Of a stretch of 64,000 bases of DNA, positions 38,017 through 47,786 are shown one piece after another. The translations under genes and the position numbers were made by a program. Each line of letters opens with the position of its first letter. The first letter of the stretch is position 1. Source of the stretch: Anaerolineae bacterium (GTDB lineage Bacteria > Chloroflexota > Anaerolineae > B4-G1). The stretch is taken from contig DAOUBA010000058.1 in assembly GCA_034432855.1 (NCBI GenBank), forward strand, positions 5,483 to 69,482. The letters are read 5' to 3'. The notes beneath the pieces were generated by a model. It made no database searches and was not told the origin of the DNA. It saw only the letters and a list, made by a program, of their open reading frames with translations.

Positions 38017-38769
38017 ATGAGATTCCAGGGGAAAATTGCTATCGTGACCGGAGGGGGCCGAGGGATGGGGCAGGCAATTGCCCGCGCCCTGGCAAAGGAA
38101 GGCGCGACCGTCGCCATCTTCGAGAAGGACGTGGAGGCCGGACGCGAGACGGCGGCGCAGATCGAGGCCGAAGGGGGAAAAGCGTTCTCTCTCCAGGTGG
38201 ACGTCAGCGACAAAGAGCAGGTGCTACGTGCCGTCGGCGAGACGGTTGAGCACATGGGGCGAATTGACATCCTGGTCAACAACGCGGGCATCCATACAGC
38301 GGCGCCTTTCGAGCAAGAAACCCGCTCCGATTGGCTACGGCTCTTCGAGGTGAACGTGCTGGGGACGGTCTTCCCCTCCCAGGCGGTTGCGCCCTATATG
38401 ATCAAGCAGGGCAGCGGGCGCATCGTCCACATCTCGTCCAAGGCGGCCGTAGTGGGGGAGCGCGGACACGTGGCCTACAGCGCATCCAAGGGGGCGGTGC
38501 TCTCCATGACGCGGGCCATGGCGGTGGACCTGGCGCCCCACAACATCACCGTAAACGCCGTGTGCCCAGGGCCCGTCGTCACCGACATGTTGCTGACCGC
38601 CATGCCGGACGCTGCCGACCGCCAGGCGTTGGCGCAGAAAGCCCCGCTGGGACGGCTGGGGCAACCTGAGGACATAGCCGCGGCAGTGCTCTACCTGGCG
38701 TCGGACGAGGCCGGCTGGTGCACCGGACAGGCGATTTCAGTGGATGGCGGTTTTTCGATCCTGTTATAA
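38017..38769 (+). CDS. SDR family oxidoreductase
   Basis: TGGGRGMGQAIA; NNAGI; YSASKGA (YxxxK). Confidence 0.85.
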   Translation: MRFQGKIAIVTGGGRGMGQAIARALAKEGATVAIFEKDVEAGRETAAQIEAEGGKAFSLQVDVSDKEQVLRAVGETVEHMGRIDILVNNAGIHTAAPFEQETRSDWLRLFEVNVLGTVFPSQAVAPYMIKQGSGRIVHISSKAAVVGERGHVAYSASKGAVLSMTRAMAVDLAPHNITVNAVCPGPVVTDMLLTAMPDAADRQALAQKAPLGRLGQPEDIAAAVLYLASDEAGWCTGQAISVDGGFSILL

Positions 38770-38782
38770 CTGGGAAGAAAAA

Positions 38783-39706
38783 GTGAACAAAGTATTGGTC
38801 ACCCCGAGGTCGTTGACCAAAAAGGGACATCCTGCGCTCGACGCGCTCCGGGATGCCGGTTACGAGGTGATATTCTCCACACCGGGCGTGCAGCCGGATG
38901 AGGAGGAATTGTTGCGGCTACTCCCCGGTTGTGTAGCATACCTGGCCGGCGTAGAGAAGATTTCGGCGAGAGTGCTGGAGGCGGCACACGACCTGCGTGT
39001 GATCAGCCGTAACGGGACAGGAATAGACAACATTGACCTGGAGGCAGCCAGGCGGTTAAACATCACAATTTGCGTTGCTAGGGGCGCCAATGCCAACGGT
39101 GTGGCCGAACTGACGATCGCGCTGATGTTCGCGTTGGCGCGCGCCATTCCGTTCAGCGACGCAAGTATGAAGAGCGAGCAGTGGGCAAGACGCGAAGGAA
39201 TTGAACTTACGGGTCGTACCCTCGGGCTGATCGGCTGCGGCATGATCGGGAAAAAAGTCGCCGTACTCGGCTCCGCCATCGGGATGCAGGTCGTGGCGTT
39301 CGACCCTTACCCCGATCCCTCCTTCGCACCGGCCAACTTCTGCTGGGGTTCTCTGGACGAGGTGTATAAGCATTCGGACATCGTCAGCCTGCATTGTCCG
39401 GCGCCAGCAGACGGAAAGCCGCTCATTGACCGGGACGCCATCGCAAAGATGAAGCCCGGCGTTTACCTGATCAACACAGCCAGAGCCGCTTTACTCGACG
39501 AGGAGGCCGTGCTCGAAGGGCTGGCGAGCGGGCAGATCGCGGGCGCGGCGGTTGACGTGTTTGCGAAAGAGCCGCCGGAAGACTACCGGCTGGTGAAACA
39601 TGACCGCGTGATTGCGACGCCTCACATCGGAGGCTACACCGCCGAGAGCGTCCAGAGGGCGACCCAAGAAGCGGTGGATAACATCCTCAAGAATCTGGGA
39701 GGCTAG
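38783..39706 (+). CDS. D-isomer-specific 2-hydroxyacid dehydrogenase (phosphoglycerate/glyoxylate-reductase-like)
   Basis: NAD-binding GLIGCGMIGKKVA; catalytic ..ATPHIGGYTAES..; start placed at GTG 38783, just after the SDR stop (the ORF-track ATG at 38744 would overlap the SDR). Confidence 0.75.
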   Translation: MNKVLVTPRSLTKKGHPALDALRDAGYEVIFSTPGVQPDEEELLRLLPGCVAYLAGVEKISARVLEAAHDLRVISRNGTGIDNIDLEAARRLNITICVARGANANGVAELTIALMFALARAIPFSDASMKSEQWARREGIELTGRTLGLIGCGMIGKKVAVLGSAIGMQVVAFDPYPDPSFAPANFCWGSLDEVYKHSDIVSLHCPAPADGKPLIDRDAIAKMKPGVYLINTARAALLDEEAVLEGLASGQIAGAAVDVFAKEPPEDYRLVKHDRVIATPHIGGYTAESVQRATQEAVDNILKNLGG

Positions 39707-39711
39707 CCTAA

Positions 39712-40377
39712 ATGGGGTACACCGAGTTATTCGAGACGTTACGCCAGTATGGGGTCGTGCCGGTCATCGCCATCGAGTCCCCTGAATCCGCCCTACCCCT
39801 GGCCGACGCTTTGATCGCCGGGGGCTTGCCCGTAGCGGAGATCACGTTCCGCACAGCGGCTGCCGGAGAGGTCATCGCCACGCTCAAGAAGGAGCGGCCC
39901 GAACTGATTCTGGGGGCAGGGACGATCCTGTCGCTGGAGAACCTGAGGCTGGCGCATGAGCACGGCGCGCAGTTCGGCGTGGCGCCGGGGTTGAATCCGG
40001 AGATCGTCAAAGAGGCGCAGCGGCTGGGCCTGCCCTTCATCCCGGGAGTGCTCACCCCAAGCGAGATCGAGCATGCGATGGGATTGGGCGCAAGAGTGCT
40101 CAAGTTCTTCCCGGCGGAAGAGAGCGGCGGCGTGGCCATGCTCAAGGCCTTGGCTGCGCCCTATCGGCACACGGGCGTCAGGTTCGTGCCCACGGGGGGC
40201 GTCACAGCCGCCAACCTCGAGAGTTATCTGGCACAGGACGTGGTCCTGGTCGTGGGTGGCACGTGGGTGGCGAAGAAGGAGGTCATCGCCACACAGGGTT
40301 GGGACGCGATTCAGACAAACTGCCGGCAAATACGTGAGATCGTCGCGCGCGTCCGGGGCCAGAAACACAAGTCATAG
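39712..40377 (+). CDS. 2-dehydro-3-deoxy-(phospho)gluconate aldolase (KDPG/KHG aldolase family)
   Basis: Family pattern ..VVPVIAIESPE.ALPLADALIAGGLPVAEITFRT..GAGTILS..GAQF.V.PG; Schiff-base Lys context ..RVLKFFPAE.. Confidence 0.8.
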   Translation: MGYTELFETLRQYGVVPVIAIESPESALPLADALIAGGLPVAEITFRTAAAGEVIATLKKERPELILGAGTILSLENLRLAHEHGAQFGVAPGLNPEIVKEAQRLGLPFIPGVLTPSEIEHAMGLGARVLKFFPAEESGGVAMLKALAAPYRHTGVRFVPTGGVTAANLESYLAQDVVLVVGGTWVAKKEVIATQGWDAIQTNCRQIREIVARVRGQKHKS

Positions 40378-40388
40378 GAGGTTCGTAA

Positions 40389-42215
40389 ATGTTCCAAGGC
40401 GGATACCTGGGCAAAATTCTTCGGGTCAACCTCTCCGCGCGGGAACACCGCGTCGAGCGGCTGGAGGAGAGCGAGGCGCTCAAACTGCTGGGTGGACGCG
40501 GCCTGGCAGCCAAGAGGTACTATGACGAGATCGGCCCCGAGGTGGAGCCGTTCGACCCGGCCAACGAGGTCATTCTGATGACCGGCCCGCTGACGGGAGT
40601 GGACCTGCCATCCACAACCAAGATCGGGTTCAGCACCAAATCGCCGGAGACTGGCATCTATCTGTGCGCTAATAGCGGCGGCGATTTTGGCCCCCAACTC
40701 AAGTGCTGTGGCTTCGACGGGCTAATCATCGAGGGACAGGCCAACGATTGGACGTACCTGCTTATCAGGGACGGTGAAGTGACTTTTGGCGACGCCCGCC
40801 CCTGGCAAGGCCTGACCACGAGTGAGACGCAGGAGGCGCTGAAAGAAGCCATGGGCGATCGGCGGGCCACGGCGCTCTCTATCGGCCCGGCCGCCGAGCG
40901 ATTGGTGTGCTTTGCCTACATCAACGTGGACTCGCGTGCCGCCGGACGGGGAGGAGCCGGGGCCGTGCTTGCCTCGAAACGGCTGAAGGGTATCGCTATT
41001 CTGGGCAGCGGCAGGATTCCCGTGGCCGATCCGGACAGGGTCAAGGAGATTCGGCGAGCCGCCATCGCGGACCTACGCCAGTCGCGGGCCAATCACACCA
41101 AGTACGGCACCCCGCAATATATCGAGGTCATCAACGAATTGGGCTGCATGCCCACGCGCAACTTCCAGACCGCCTATTTCGAGGGCGCGGACAAGATAGA
41201 CGCCCACGTGATGCGCGCGAAATACTGGACGAAAAACTATGGCTGCTATCACTGTCCGGTCGCCTGCGGCAAGGTGTGCGAGGTGAAGGATGGCCCCTTC
41301 GCCGGAGCGCGCGCGCGGACCGAGTTCGAGACGGTCGCGCTCCTGGGCCCCAACTGCGGCGTGGACGATTACGGCGCCATCGTCGCAGCCAATCAGGCCT
41401 GCGACGAGATCGGCATAGACACCATCTCGGCGGGCAACGCCGTCGCCCTGGCAATGGAACTGTACGAGCGCGGGCTGATCACCAACGCGGATACGGAAGG
41501 CATCGAGGCCCGCTTTGGCAACGGGCAGGCGCTCGTGGACCTGATCCGGCTGATCGGGGAGCGGCGCGGGATCGGCGACCTGCTGGCCGAGGGGATGCGG
41601 CACGTGGCGCGCGCGCGACCGGAATGGCGTCGCTACATCCTGGCGGTCAAGGGGCTGCCCTTCGCGGGCTACGATCCGCGCGGCTTTCACGGCAACGGCC
41701 TGACCTACGGCACCTCCAGCCGTGGGGCCTGCCACAACGTGGGTGGTTGGACGATCCGCGCCGAATTGCAGAGCGGGCAGTACGACCGCTTTGCCCTGAA
41801 AGGCAAAGGGGTGCTGGTCCAAACCCTACAGGACAACCGGGCCTACGTGGACAGCCTGGGCCTGTGCACCGTGGTCAGGGGTGCGCTGGGCTTTGGCGAC
41901 ACGCCCGCAGGCGACGTGCTCGCCGCCGTGACCGGCCACGATTTTACCCCCCAGTTGATGGAGATCGGCGCCCGCATCTATACCCTGGAGCGGTTAATCC
42001 TCAACCGTGAAGGCATACGGAGAAAGGACGACCTGCTGCCCGAACGCATCACCCAAGAGGCCATTCCGTCCGGCCCGACCCAGGGACGCATCCTGACAGA
42101 GGAGATGTATGCCGTTATGCTGGACGAGTACTACGCGGTGCGCGGCTGGGACGAGGACGGCGTGCCCACGCCGGAGACGATTCACAGACTGGGCCTGGAT
42201 GAACTGCTTGCCTGA
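40389..42215 (+). CDS. Aldehyde:ferredoxin oxidoreductase (AOR family, tungstopterin enzyme)
   Basis: AFOR_N: GKILRVNLS...RGLAAK...GPLTG...KSPETG...GGDFGP.LK..G.D.L...G; Fe-S Cys cluster ..YHCPVACGKVC..; AFOR_C tail ..DEYYAVRGWDEDGVPTPETIHRLGLDELL. Confidence 0.9.
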   Translation: MFQGGYLGKILRVNLSAREHRVERLEESEALKLLGGRGLAAKRYYDEIGPEVEPFDPANEVILMTGPLTGVDLPSTTKIGFSTKSPETGIYLCANSGGDFGPQLKCCGFDGLIIEGQANDWTYLLIRDGEVTFGDARPWQGLTTSETQEALKEAMGDRRATALSIGPAAERLVCFAYINVDSRAAGRGGAGAVLASKRLKGIAILGSGRIPVADPDRVKEIRRAAIADLRQSRANHTKYGTPQYIEVINELGCMPTRNFQTAYFEGADKIDAHVMRAKYWTKNYGCYHCPVACGKVCEVKDGPFAGARARTEFETVALLGPNCGVDDYGAIVAANQACDEIGIDTISAGNAVALAMELYERGLITNADTEGIEARFGNGQALVDLIRLIGERRGIGDLLAEGMRHVARARPEWRRYILAVKGLPFAGYDPRGFHGNGLTYGTSSRGACHNVGGWTIRAELQSGQYDRFALKGKGVLVQTLQDNRAYVDSLGLCTVVRGALGFGDTPAGDVLAAVTGHDFTPQLMEIGARIYTLERLILNREGIRRKDDLLPERITQEAIPSGPTQGRILTEEMYAVMLDEYYAVRGWDEDGVPTPETIHRLGLDELLA

Positions 42216-42483
42216 GAAAGCCAGCATCACGGTGCAGATCAAGTATCTATCCACTCTGCGAGACCGGACGGGACGCCGGCAAGAGACGGTCGGTTTCCCG
42301 CTGGGCGCTACTTTGCAGGACGTGGCCGACTGGCTGAATCAGCGTTATGCCCTCTCGCTGCCTGACCCCCAGGTGATGGCGACCCTCAATGGGAAGGGGT
42401 GGGAGCAGTTCCCGGCGAAACTGTCTACCGAGATCAGGGAAGGAGACGTCATCTATCTGTTTCCCCCTATCGCCGGTGGGTAG
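42199..42483 (+). CDS. MoaD/ThiS-like beta-grasp protein ending in Gly-Gly; overlaps the 3' end of the AOR gene
   Basis: ..ITVQIKYLSTLRDRTGRRQETVGFPLGATLQDVADWL...EGDVIYLFPPIAGG* (MoaD pattern, C-terminal GG). The start is ambiguous (ATG 42199 or GTG 42232). Confidence 0.55.
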   Translation: MNCLPEKASITVQIKYLSTLRDRTGRRQETVGFPLGATLQDVADWLNQRYALSLPDPQVMATLNGKGWEQFPAKLSTEIREGDVIYLFPPIAGG

Positions 42484-42515
42484 TACCCGCTGTTCTTCAG
42501 AGACCGCGTTTCCCC

Positions 42516-42553
42516 AACCACGCTGCTGTGAATGGACGGCGTGGTTGTTTTTT
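42516..42553 (+). terminator. Rho-independent terminator after the AOR/MoaD-like genes
   Basis: aaccacgc-(15 nt loop)-gcgtggtt followed by gtttttt, read directly. Confidence 0.6.
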
Positions 42554-42599
42554 CATAAGAGGCCCCACCAACGCCGGTCCTTTCCAGGCCGTTCGGGGC

Positions 42600-43268
42600 T
42601 TATGGATGTGGGCCTGATTTGCCGGAGTAGGCGGGCCGGTAGAGCCCGGCGGGGTTGGCGCCGAGAAAGCCGGCCTCGTAGGTGCGCGCATCCACCGGCG
42701 AGAGCGCGGCGGCCATCTGCGGTGTGATGACGGGAAAGCGCCGCAGTTCCCCCAGGCGGCGGATGATCGGCTCCAGGCCATTGTCGCTGCACGTCCAGTC
42801 CAGGGGGTCGAAGGATTTCAGGTTTAGCGGCACCGTGTACTCGCGTAGCGTCTTTTCCCCCTCGACGTTGAAGTAGAACTCGAAGTACGACATCACCAGT
42901 TCGCGCAGGCTGCGATAGATCGGCTCGCGGAAGCGCAATCCGACGCAGTTCGACTTGGCGACAGCGCCGAGAAATCCGTCGCGCCGGTAGATGGCGATGG
43001 TGTGGTCGTCGTCGGTTCCGGGCGCAGCGAGCAGGTCCACGATCACCGGTGGGTGGCCCAGGCGGCGCAGGGCAGCGGCGGCGAACATGGCGCCGTCGAA
43101 GCAATTGCCCCGCCCATCCTGCAACACCCGCAGCGGGCAGCGGTTGAATTTCTCGTCGGTGTATGGCAGCGCATCCAGGAAGGCTTGAATTCGATAGGGG
43201 CTGTCCAGGCTGGTGAGAATCCGACGCTGATCGGGGGTCAGGTGCTCTTCGAAGGTTTCGCTCATCAA
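42600..43268 (-). CDS. Transglutaminase-like (cysteine-protease fold) domain protein
   Basis: Core-like motif RGNCFDGAMFAAAALRRLG (G-x-C-x-x-x-A..R) with downstream His/Asp candidates; family assignment is tentative. Confidence 0.4.
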   Translation of the reverse strand: MMSETFEEHLTPDQRRILTSLDSPYRIQAFLDALPYTDEKFNRCPLRVLQDGRGNCFDGAMFAAAALRRLGHPPVIVDLLAAPGTDDDHTIAIYRRDGFLGAVAKSNCVGLRFREPIYRSLRELVMSYFEFYFNVEGEKTLREYTVPLNLKSFDPLDWTCSDNGLEPIIRRLGELRRFPVITPQMAAALSPVDARTYEAGFLGANPAGLYRPAYSGKSGPHP

Positions 43269-43286
43269 ACGTGCTCTCTCCGGCCG

Positions 43287-44726
43287 TCACTTCTCCCAAT
43301 GTGGTTGGGGCACAATACGCAGGGCGTGTGCCGGCCAAGGGGATAGCCGCTCAGGGAGTGTGATCATCAGCCGACCGTCGTCCTGTGTCCAGGGCAGCGG
43401 CCCCTCGTGGCCCAACAGGTGTACACGCGTGGCAGGTGCGGCCACGAGCGATTCAATGGCAATCTGGGGGCCGTGCGGTGTGCCGAGCAAGATGGCATAC
43501 AGCGCTTCGCCCTTCTGGGTGAAGCGGATCGCCGTACCGTCCGTCGTGCGTCCTTCGGCCCGAAGCCACGGGTACGTATCGAATACTGCGTCGCCGTTCA
43601 CGGCCAGCCAGGCGCCCAACCCCAGCAACCGCTCCTGCTGCACCTGCGGGATGGTCCCGTCGGCAGTCGGCCCGACGTTCAGGAGCAGGTTGCCGTTCTT
43701 GCTGACAATGTCCACGAAAAGGTGCACAAGTTCCTCGACCGAGAGCATGTGCTCTGGCTGCTCCTGTTGGTTGTAGCCGAACGAGTAGCCCAAACCGCGT
43801 GTGGCCTCCCATTTCCCGCGCACGATCCTCTTGTACGATGTGTATTCAGGTGTTCTGAAGTCGAAGTGGATGCCGCTGGACGTCCCGCCGCCGGTTTTCA
43901 ATGCCAGCCGGGCCGCTAGGCGAAAGAGGGCTTTAACAAACCGGTGGTCAGGGATGCGGAGTTGGACGAAGCGGTCGTTGATCACGCCATCGGGCACGGC
44001 GTTGTAATAGTCGGCGAAGAGGCGTTTGACGTTTGCCGCTGCCGGATAGCCGATGTCGTTCCATATCACCGCCGGCTGATAGCGGGCGATCAACTCGCGC
44101 CAGTGACTGTCGGCATAACGGACGTACTCGTTGCTCTGCGGGATGGTGGTGAAGAGTTCGGCCACGTCGCGGATGGGGCCGGGGTTGAAGGTCCAATCCA
44201 GCCCGCCGGAGTAGTACAACCCCATACGCAGGCCGCGCGCTTGCACTGCCTGGGCCACTTCCCCCACCAGATCGCGCGTGGCGTGATAATCCGGTCTGTG
44301 TGGGTTGGGGTGCACACTTGGCCACAGGAGAAAACCGTCGTGGTGTTTGGCTGTCAGCACGACGTAGCGGGCGCCGGCGTGTGCGAACAGGTCGGCCCAG
44401 GCGGCGGGATCCATCCGCGCGGCAGCCTGGTCGAAGAGCGGAGCAAACTGCTCGTAGGTGAAATCGGCGCCGTAGGTGGCAACATGGTGCCGGTGTGTGG
44501 GGCTGCCCTCGATCCTGATCGAGTTGCCGTACCACTCGGCGTAGGGATTATGGGCGAACCAATAGGCCCAACCCTTACGGGCGACGATTTCCTGAAAGTT
44601 GCCGACCACCGGTGCCCAGGCGGGGACGGAGTATAGCCCCCAGTGGACAAAGATGCCCAGTTTGGCCCCGGCGAGCCAGGGGGGCAGGGGATGCCGGCGC
44701 AATGAGCGAAGGGTGGGGTGGTACAT
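43287..44726 (-). CDS. Alpha-L-fucosidase, glycoside hydrolase family 29 (no signal peptide)
   Basis: GH29 N-terminal block W..AKLGIFVHWGLYSVPAW..., ..AGARYVVLTAKHHDGF.LW.S..., ..MGLYYSGGLDW... Confidence 0.85.
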   Translation of the reverse strand: MYHPTLRSLRRHPLPPWLAGAKLGIFVHWGLYSVPAWAPVVGNFQEIVARKGWAYWFAHNPYAEWYGNSIRIEGSPTHRHHVATYGADFTYEQFAPLFDQAAARMDPAAWADLFAHAGARYVVLTAKHHDGFLLWPSVHPNPHRPDYHATRDLVGEVAQAVQARGLRMGLYYSGGLDWTFNPGPIRDVAELFTTIPQSNEYVRYADSHWRELIARYQPAVIWNDIGYPAAANVKRLFADYYNAVPDGVINDRFVQLRIPDHRFVKALFRLAARLALKTGGGTSSGIHFDFRTPEYTSYKRIVRGKWEATRGLGYSFGYNQQEQPEHMLSVEELVHLFVDIVSKNGNLLLNVGPTADGTIPQVQQERLLGLGAWLAVNGDAVFDTYPWLRAEGRTTDGTAIRFTQKGEALYAILLGTPHGPQIAIESLVAAPATRVHLLGHEGPLPWTQDDGRLMITLPERLSPWPAHALRIVPQPHWEK

Positions 44727-44740
44727 TCTCTGACCGGGGG

Positions 44741-45814
44741 CTATTGGCCGGTGGCTGGGTTCCTGACAGGCAGGCGCACAGTGAACGTCGTCCCCTTACC
44801 GACCTGGCTCTCGACGGCGATCTCGCCGCCCAGCAACCGGCAGTACCGTTGACTGACCATCAGCCCAATGTCGCCATATTTCAGCGTGTCAGAATTGCCG
44901 GCCTCGGCAAGCCGCTGCACCTGTTCGGGCGTCATGCCGAGACCGGTATCGGCAATCTGTAGGATGACCCATTCGGCCCCGTCAACTATGTCGCGGGAAA
45001 TGGTCAGTGAGACGTTGCCCTTTCGGGTGAACCTGGCTGAGTAGCCGAGCAGGTTCATCAGCACCTGCTTGAGCAGGTTGGGATCAGAATGCATATACGC
45101 CGGGGTGTCCAGGTAATGAACTTCCAGGGTGTTGCCGGACTCGTCAAACAGGGGTTGGAGTTCAGCGGCCACGGCGCCGACCAGGGTTGCCAGGTCGAGT
45201 TCCTTTGCTTCCACGTCCAGCACGTCTGCCTCGATTTTTTCGATGTTGAATACGTCGTTGATAAAGTTGAGCAGTTTTTGGCCGCCCTCGTAGATGGCCG
45301 TCAGGTCCTGTGTCTGCAAATCGGTAAGCGGCCCGTCAACCCCCTTCAGAATGACGCGGGAAAAGCCGATGATCGCGTTGAGCGGAGCGCGCATGTCGTG
45401 ACTGGTGGTGGAGAGAAACTGGCGGCGCACCGTTTTGACGTATCTGGCATTCTCGCGGACGAAACCGATCGCCAATTCGCTCAGAATCCCGGCGACGAGG
45501 GGGTGAAGCGCCGTGACCTGTTCTGCGGAAAGCCCTTCGACGAATTGCCGGGCCAGCACGTCCTGGGTGACTCCCAGGATCGGCGCTTCTGGGGAGATGT
45601 CATGCGCCAGCGCCTCTCCGATGGCCTGGGCCTTCTCGCGTTCGAGGGGTTCGGCGAGGAGGTTGATGGCCTGCTGCGTCCATTCGGCAAGACGCGCCCG
45701 CGCCTCGGCCACGTTCAGTCCGGGGACGAGCGGCACGATGGCCTTATACCAGCGGTCGGCAATGGTTGCCTGGTGGCCACGTAGGATTTCCCGATAGTCC
45801 TGGTTCTCACTCAT
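44741..45814 (-). CDS. Cytoplasmic sensor histidine kinase (HisKA + HATPase_c)
   Basis: H-box TTSHDMRAPLNAIIGFS; N/G boxes ..NLLGYSARFT.. GLGMTPEQ.. GKGTTFTVRLP. Confidence 0.8.
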   Translation of the reverse strand: MSENQDYREILRGHQATIADRWYKAIVPLVPGLNVAEARARLAEWTQQAINLLAEPLEREKAQAIGEALAHDISPEAPILGVTQDVLARQFVEGLSAEQVTALHPLVAGILSELAIGFVRENARYVKTVRRQFLSTTSHDMRAPLNAIIGFSRVILKGVDGPLTDLQTQDLTAIYEGGQKLLNFINDVFNIEKIEADVLDVEAKELDLATLVGAVAAELQPLFDESGNTLEVHYLDTPAYMHSDPNLLKQVLMNLLGYSARFTRKGNVSLTISRDIVDGAEWVILQIADTGLGMTPEQVQRLAEAGNSDTLKYGDIGLMVSQRYCRLLGGEIAVESQVGKGTTFTVRLPVRNPATGQ

Positions 45815-45854
45815 GCCACCCCTCCGCGCGGATGGACGCCGTGTAGCGCAGGCT

Positions 45855-46619
45855 TCACCGGGGCTGGCGTTTTCCCTGGAGGAACATGCCCACGAACAGC
45901 ATCGCGGCTGCCACCCCCGCCATCACCCAGGCGGTCATAGCGACCGGTGGAGTACCGGCGTGCTTGACAGCGATGCCTGTGAAGGCCCAGATGATGACCA
46001 GCGTGTAGGGGACATCGGCCCGTGTGAGGCTTACCGCCGAGGCGACGCCCGCTCCTACGATCAGCATAATGATCGCCCATACTTCCGGGCTGATCCCCCA
46101 ACCACTCCAGCGCAGGTAGTCCAGCACGGCCGTCACGTTGGCGATGGTCGCCACAGTGATCCAACCCAGATAGAGGCTGAAGGGGATGTGGATGCACCAC
46201 TTGTCGGCCAGAGACACCCGTGCGCGGCCAATGCCCACGCGCAGGTAGATGGCGATCAGGAGCAGCAGAAGCGCGAACATTGCGACCAGGGTGAGCACAA
46301 AGACCTCATAGTGCCAGAGGAACAGCCAGGCAATGTTCGCCACGCACGAGAGGGCAAACAGGTAGCCGATGCGGCGCAAGAGCGGGTTCTCTCGTTGGGC
46401 CGGCAGCGCCTGATAGACCGCGAAGGCGATCAGGCCCAGGTAGATGAGCCCCCAGATGGAGAAAACGTAACCCGCCGGCACAAAGTAGACCTGGAAGCGA
46501 TCCGAGATCTCGCCGGTGGTCTGGCCATTGAGCGGGAGCGCGTTTGCCAGCCCGTTGACCACGATGGTGGCGAGCACGGCCAGCACATTGATCGTCTGTC
46601 GCACGATGTCTTTCTTCAT
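45855..46619 (-). CDS. TspO/MBR-like tryptophan-rich multi-pass membrane protein
   Basis: TspO-like blocks F.VYF.PAGYVFSIWGLIYL, ANIAWLFLW, IPFSLYLGWITVATIAN; longer than canonical TspO (about 255 aa). Confidence 0.5.
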   Translation of the reverse strand: MKKDIVRQTINVLAVLATIVVNGLANALPLNGQTTGEISDRFQVYFVPAGYVFSIWGLIYLGLIAFAVYQALPAQRENPLLRRIGYLFALSCVANIAWLFLWHYEVFVLTLVAMFALLLLLIAIYLRVGIGRARVSLADKWCIHIPFSLYLGWITVATIANVTAVLDYLRWSGWGISPEVWAIIMLIVGAGVASAVSLTRADVPYTLVIIWAFTGIAVKHAGTPPVAMTAWVMAGVAAAMLFVGMFLQGKRQPR

Positions 46620-46657
46620 TCCGCGCCTCCTTTTGTGTGGATGGCCTTTTGGCACAA

Positions 46658-47761
46658 CTAAAAGTACGCTTCGTAACCGGTCAGGCCCAACTCGTCGCGC
46701 ATCACCTGGAACTCGTGGCGCAGGTTGGGGTTGGTGGGGATACCCTGCGCGCGCACGTGCTGCTCGCTCTCGTATTCCTTCTCGCCCGCCACGTAAATGC
46801 GTTCTGCGCCAGGGGCCTTGCGCGCCGCCTGCAACGCGCGCATAATCTCGCCGGTGATGTGGCGCGATTCCTCCAGCGGGATGAAATGCGCGATGTCAAT
46901 CGCCAAGAAAAAGTGGCCCAGCATAAAGGGGCGGCGGGAGCCATCGGGAGCGCGCCCCAGCAGGTCCTTCATGAACATCCCGCCACAGAGTGAAGCGCAG
47001 AGGATTTCGACCATCGTGGCCAGGCCGTACCCCTTGTACCCGGCAAATTCTTCTCCTGCGCCGCCGAGTGGCAAGAGCGCCGCTGCCCCCTTGTCCAGGT
47101 CCACCAGGATACGGCCGGGGTCGGTCAACGGGTTGCCCGTGCCGTCAATCACGACGCCTTCAGGCAGCGGCTTTTCGGCGCGCGCGGCGACTTCGACCTT
47201 GCCACGCTGGATGATCGAGGTGGCCGCGTCGAAGCAAAAGGGGTGTGGTCCGTCGGAGGGTGCAGCGAAAGCGATAGGGTTGGTGCCCAGCATTGGTTCG
47301 ACGCCGAATGTGGGCGCGATGGAAGGGCGGGCATTGGTCACGGTAAAGCCCATCATGCCCTCCCGGGCCGCCATCAGCGCGTAGTAACCGGCGATGCCAT
47401 AGTGGGTCGAGTTGCGCACGGCAACCGCTCCCAGCCCATAGCGGCGGGCTTTGTCTATCGCCATCTGCATCGCACGGTGGGCGATGACGTGGCCCATGCC
47501 GTGATGGCCGTCTATCAGCGCGGTGGTCTCGGTCTCCTTTGTGACTTCGATCTCGGTCCTGGTAGACTGAACGCCGGCCTTGATGCGGTCGTAGTAGTAC
47601 TTGAGACGGGCCACGCCGTGCGACTCGATGCCGCGCAGGTCGGCGGCGATGAGCACATCGGTGCAGATGCGGGCGTCCTCGGGGGGGACGCCCAAACCCA
47701 CGAAAACGTCGTACATAAAGGCTTCGATGATGGGGACGGGGATGTAAGTTACTTCTGTCAT
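46658..47761 (-). CDS. Ldh_2 family (malate / L-lactate / L-sulfolactate type-2) dehydrogenase
   Basis: ..DLRGIESHGVARLKYY.., ..HHGMGHVIA.., ..NSTHYGIAGYYA.., ..GTNPIAFAAP.. family blocks. Confidence 0.85.
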   Translation of the reverse strand: MTEVTYIPVPIIEAFMYDVFVGLGVPPEDARICTDVLIAADLRGIESHGVARLKYYYDRIKAGVQSTRTEIEVTKETETTALIDGHHGMGHVIAHRAMQMAIDKARRYGLGAVAVRNSTHYGIAGYYALMAAREGMMGFTVTNARPSIAPTFGVEPMLGTNPIAFAAPSDGPHPFCFDAATSIIQRGKVEVAARAEKPLPEGVVIDGTGNPLTDPGRILVDLDKGAAALLPLGGAGEEFAGYKGYGLATMVEILCASLCGGMFMKDLLGRAPDGSRRPFMLGHFFLAIDIAHFIPLEESRHITGEIMRALQAARKAPGAERIYVAGEKEYESEQHVRAQGIPTNPNLRHEFQVMRDELGLTGYEAYF

Positions 47762-47786
47762 AGGTCTCCTTCCAGGTTAGTGGGTT

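Noticed and set aside
40907-42010. 367-aa plus-strand ORF inside the AOR gene
   Set aside because: An alternative frame of the AOR coding region; Arg/Gly-rich junk translation, whereas the AOR frame matches the family end to end.
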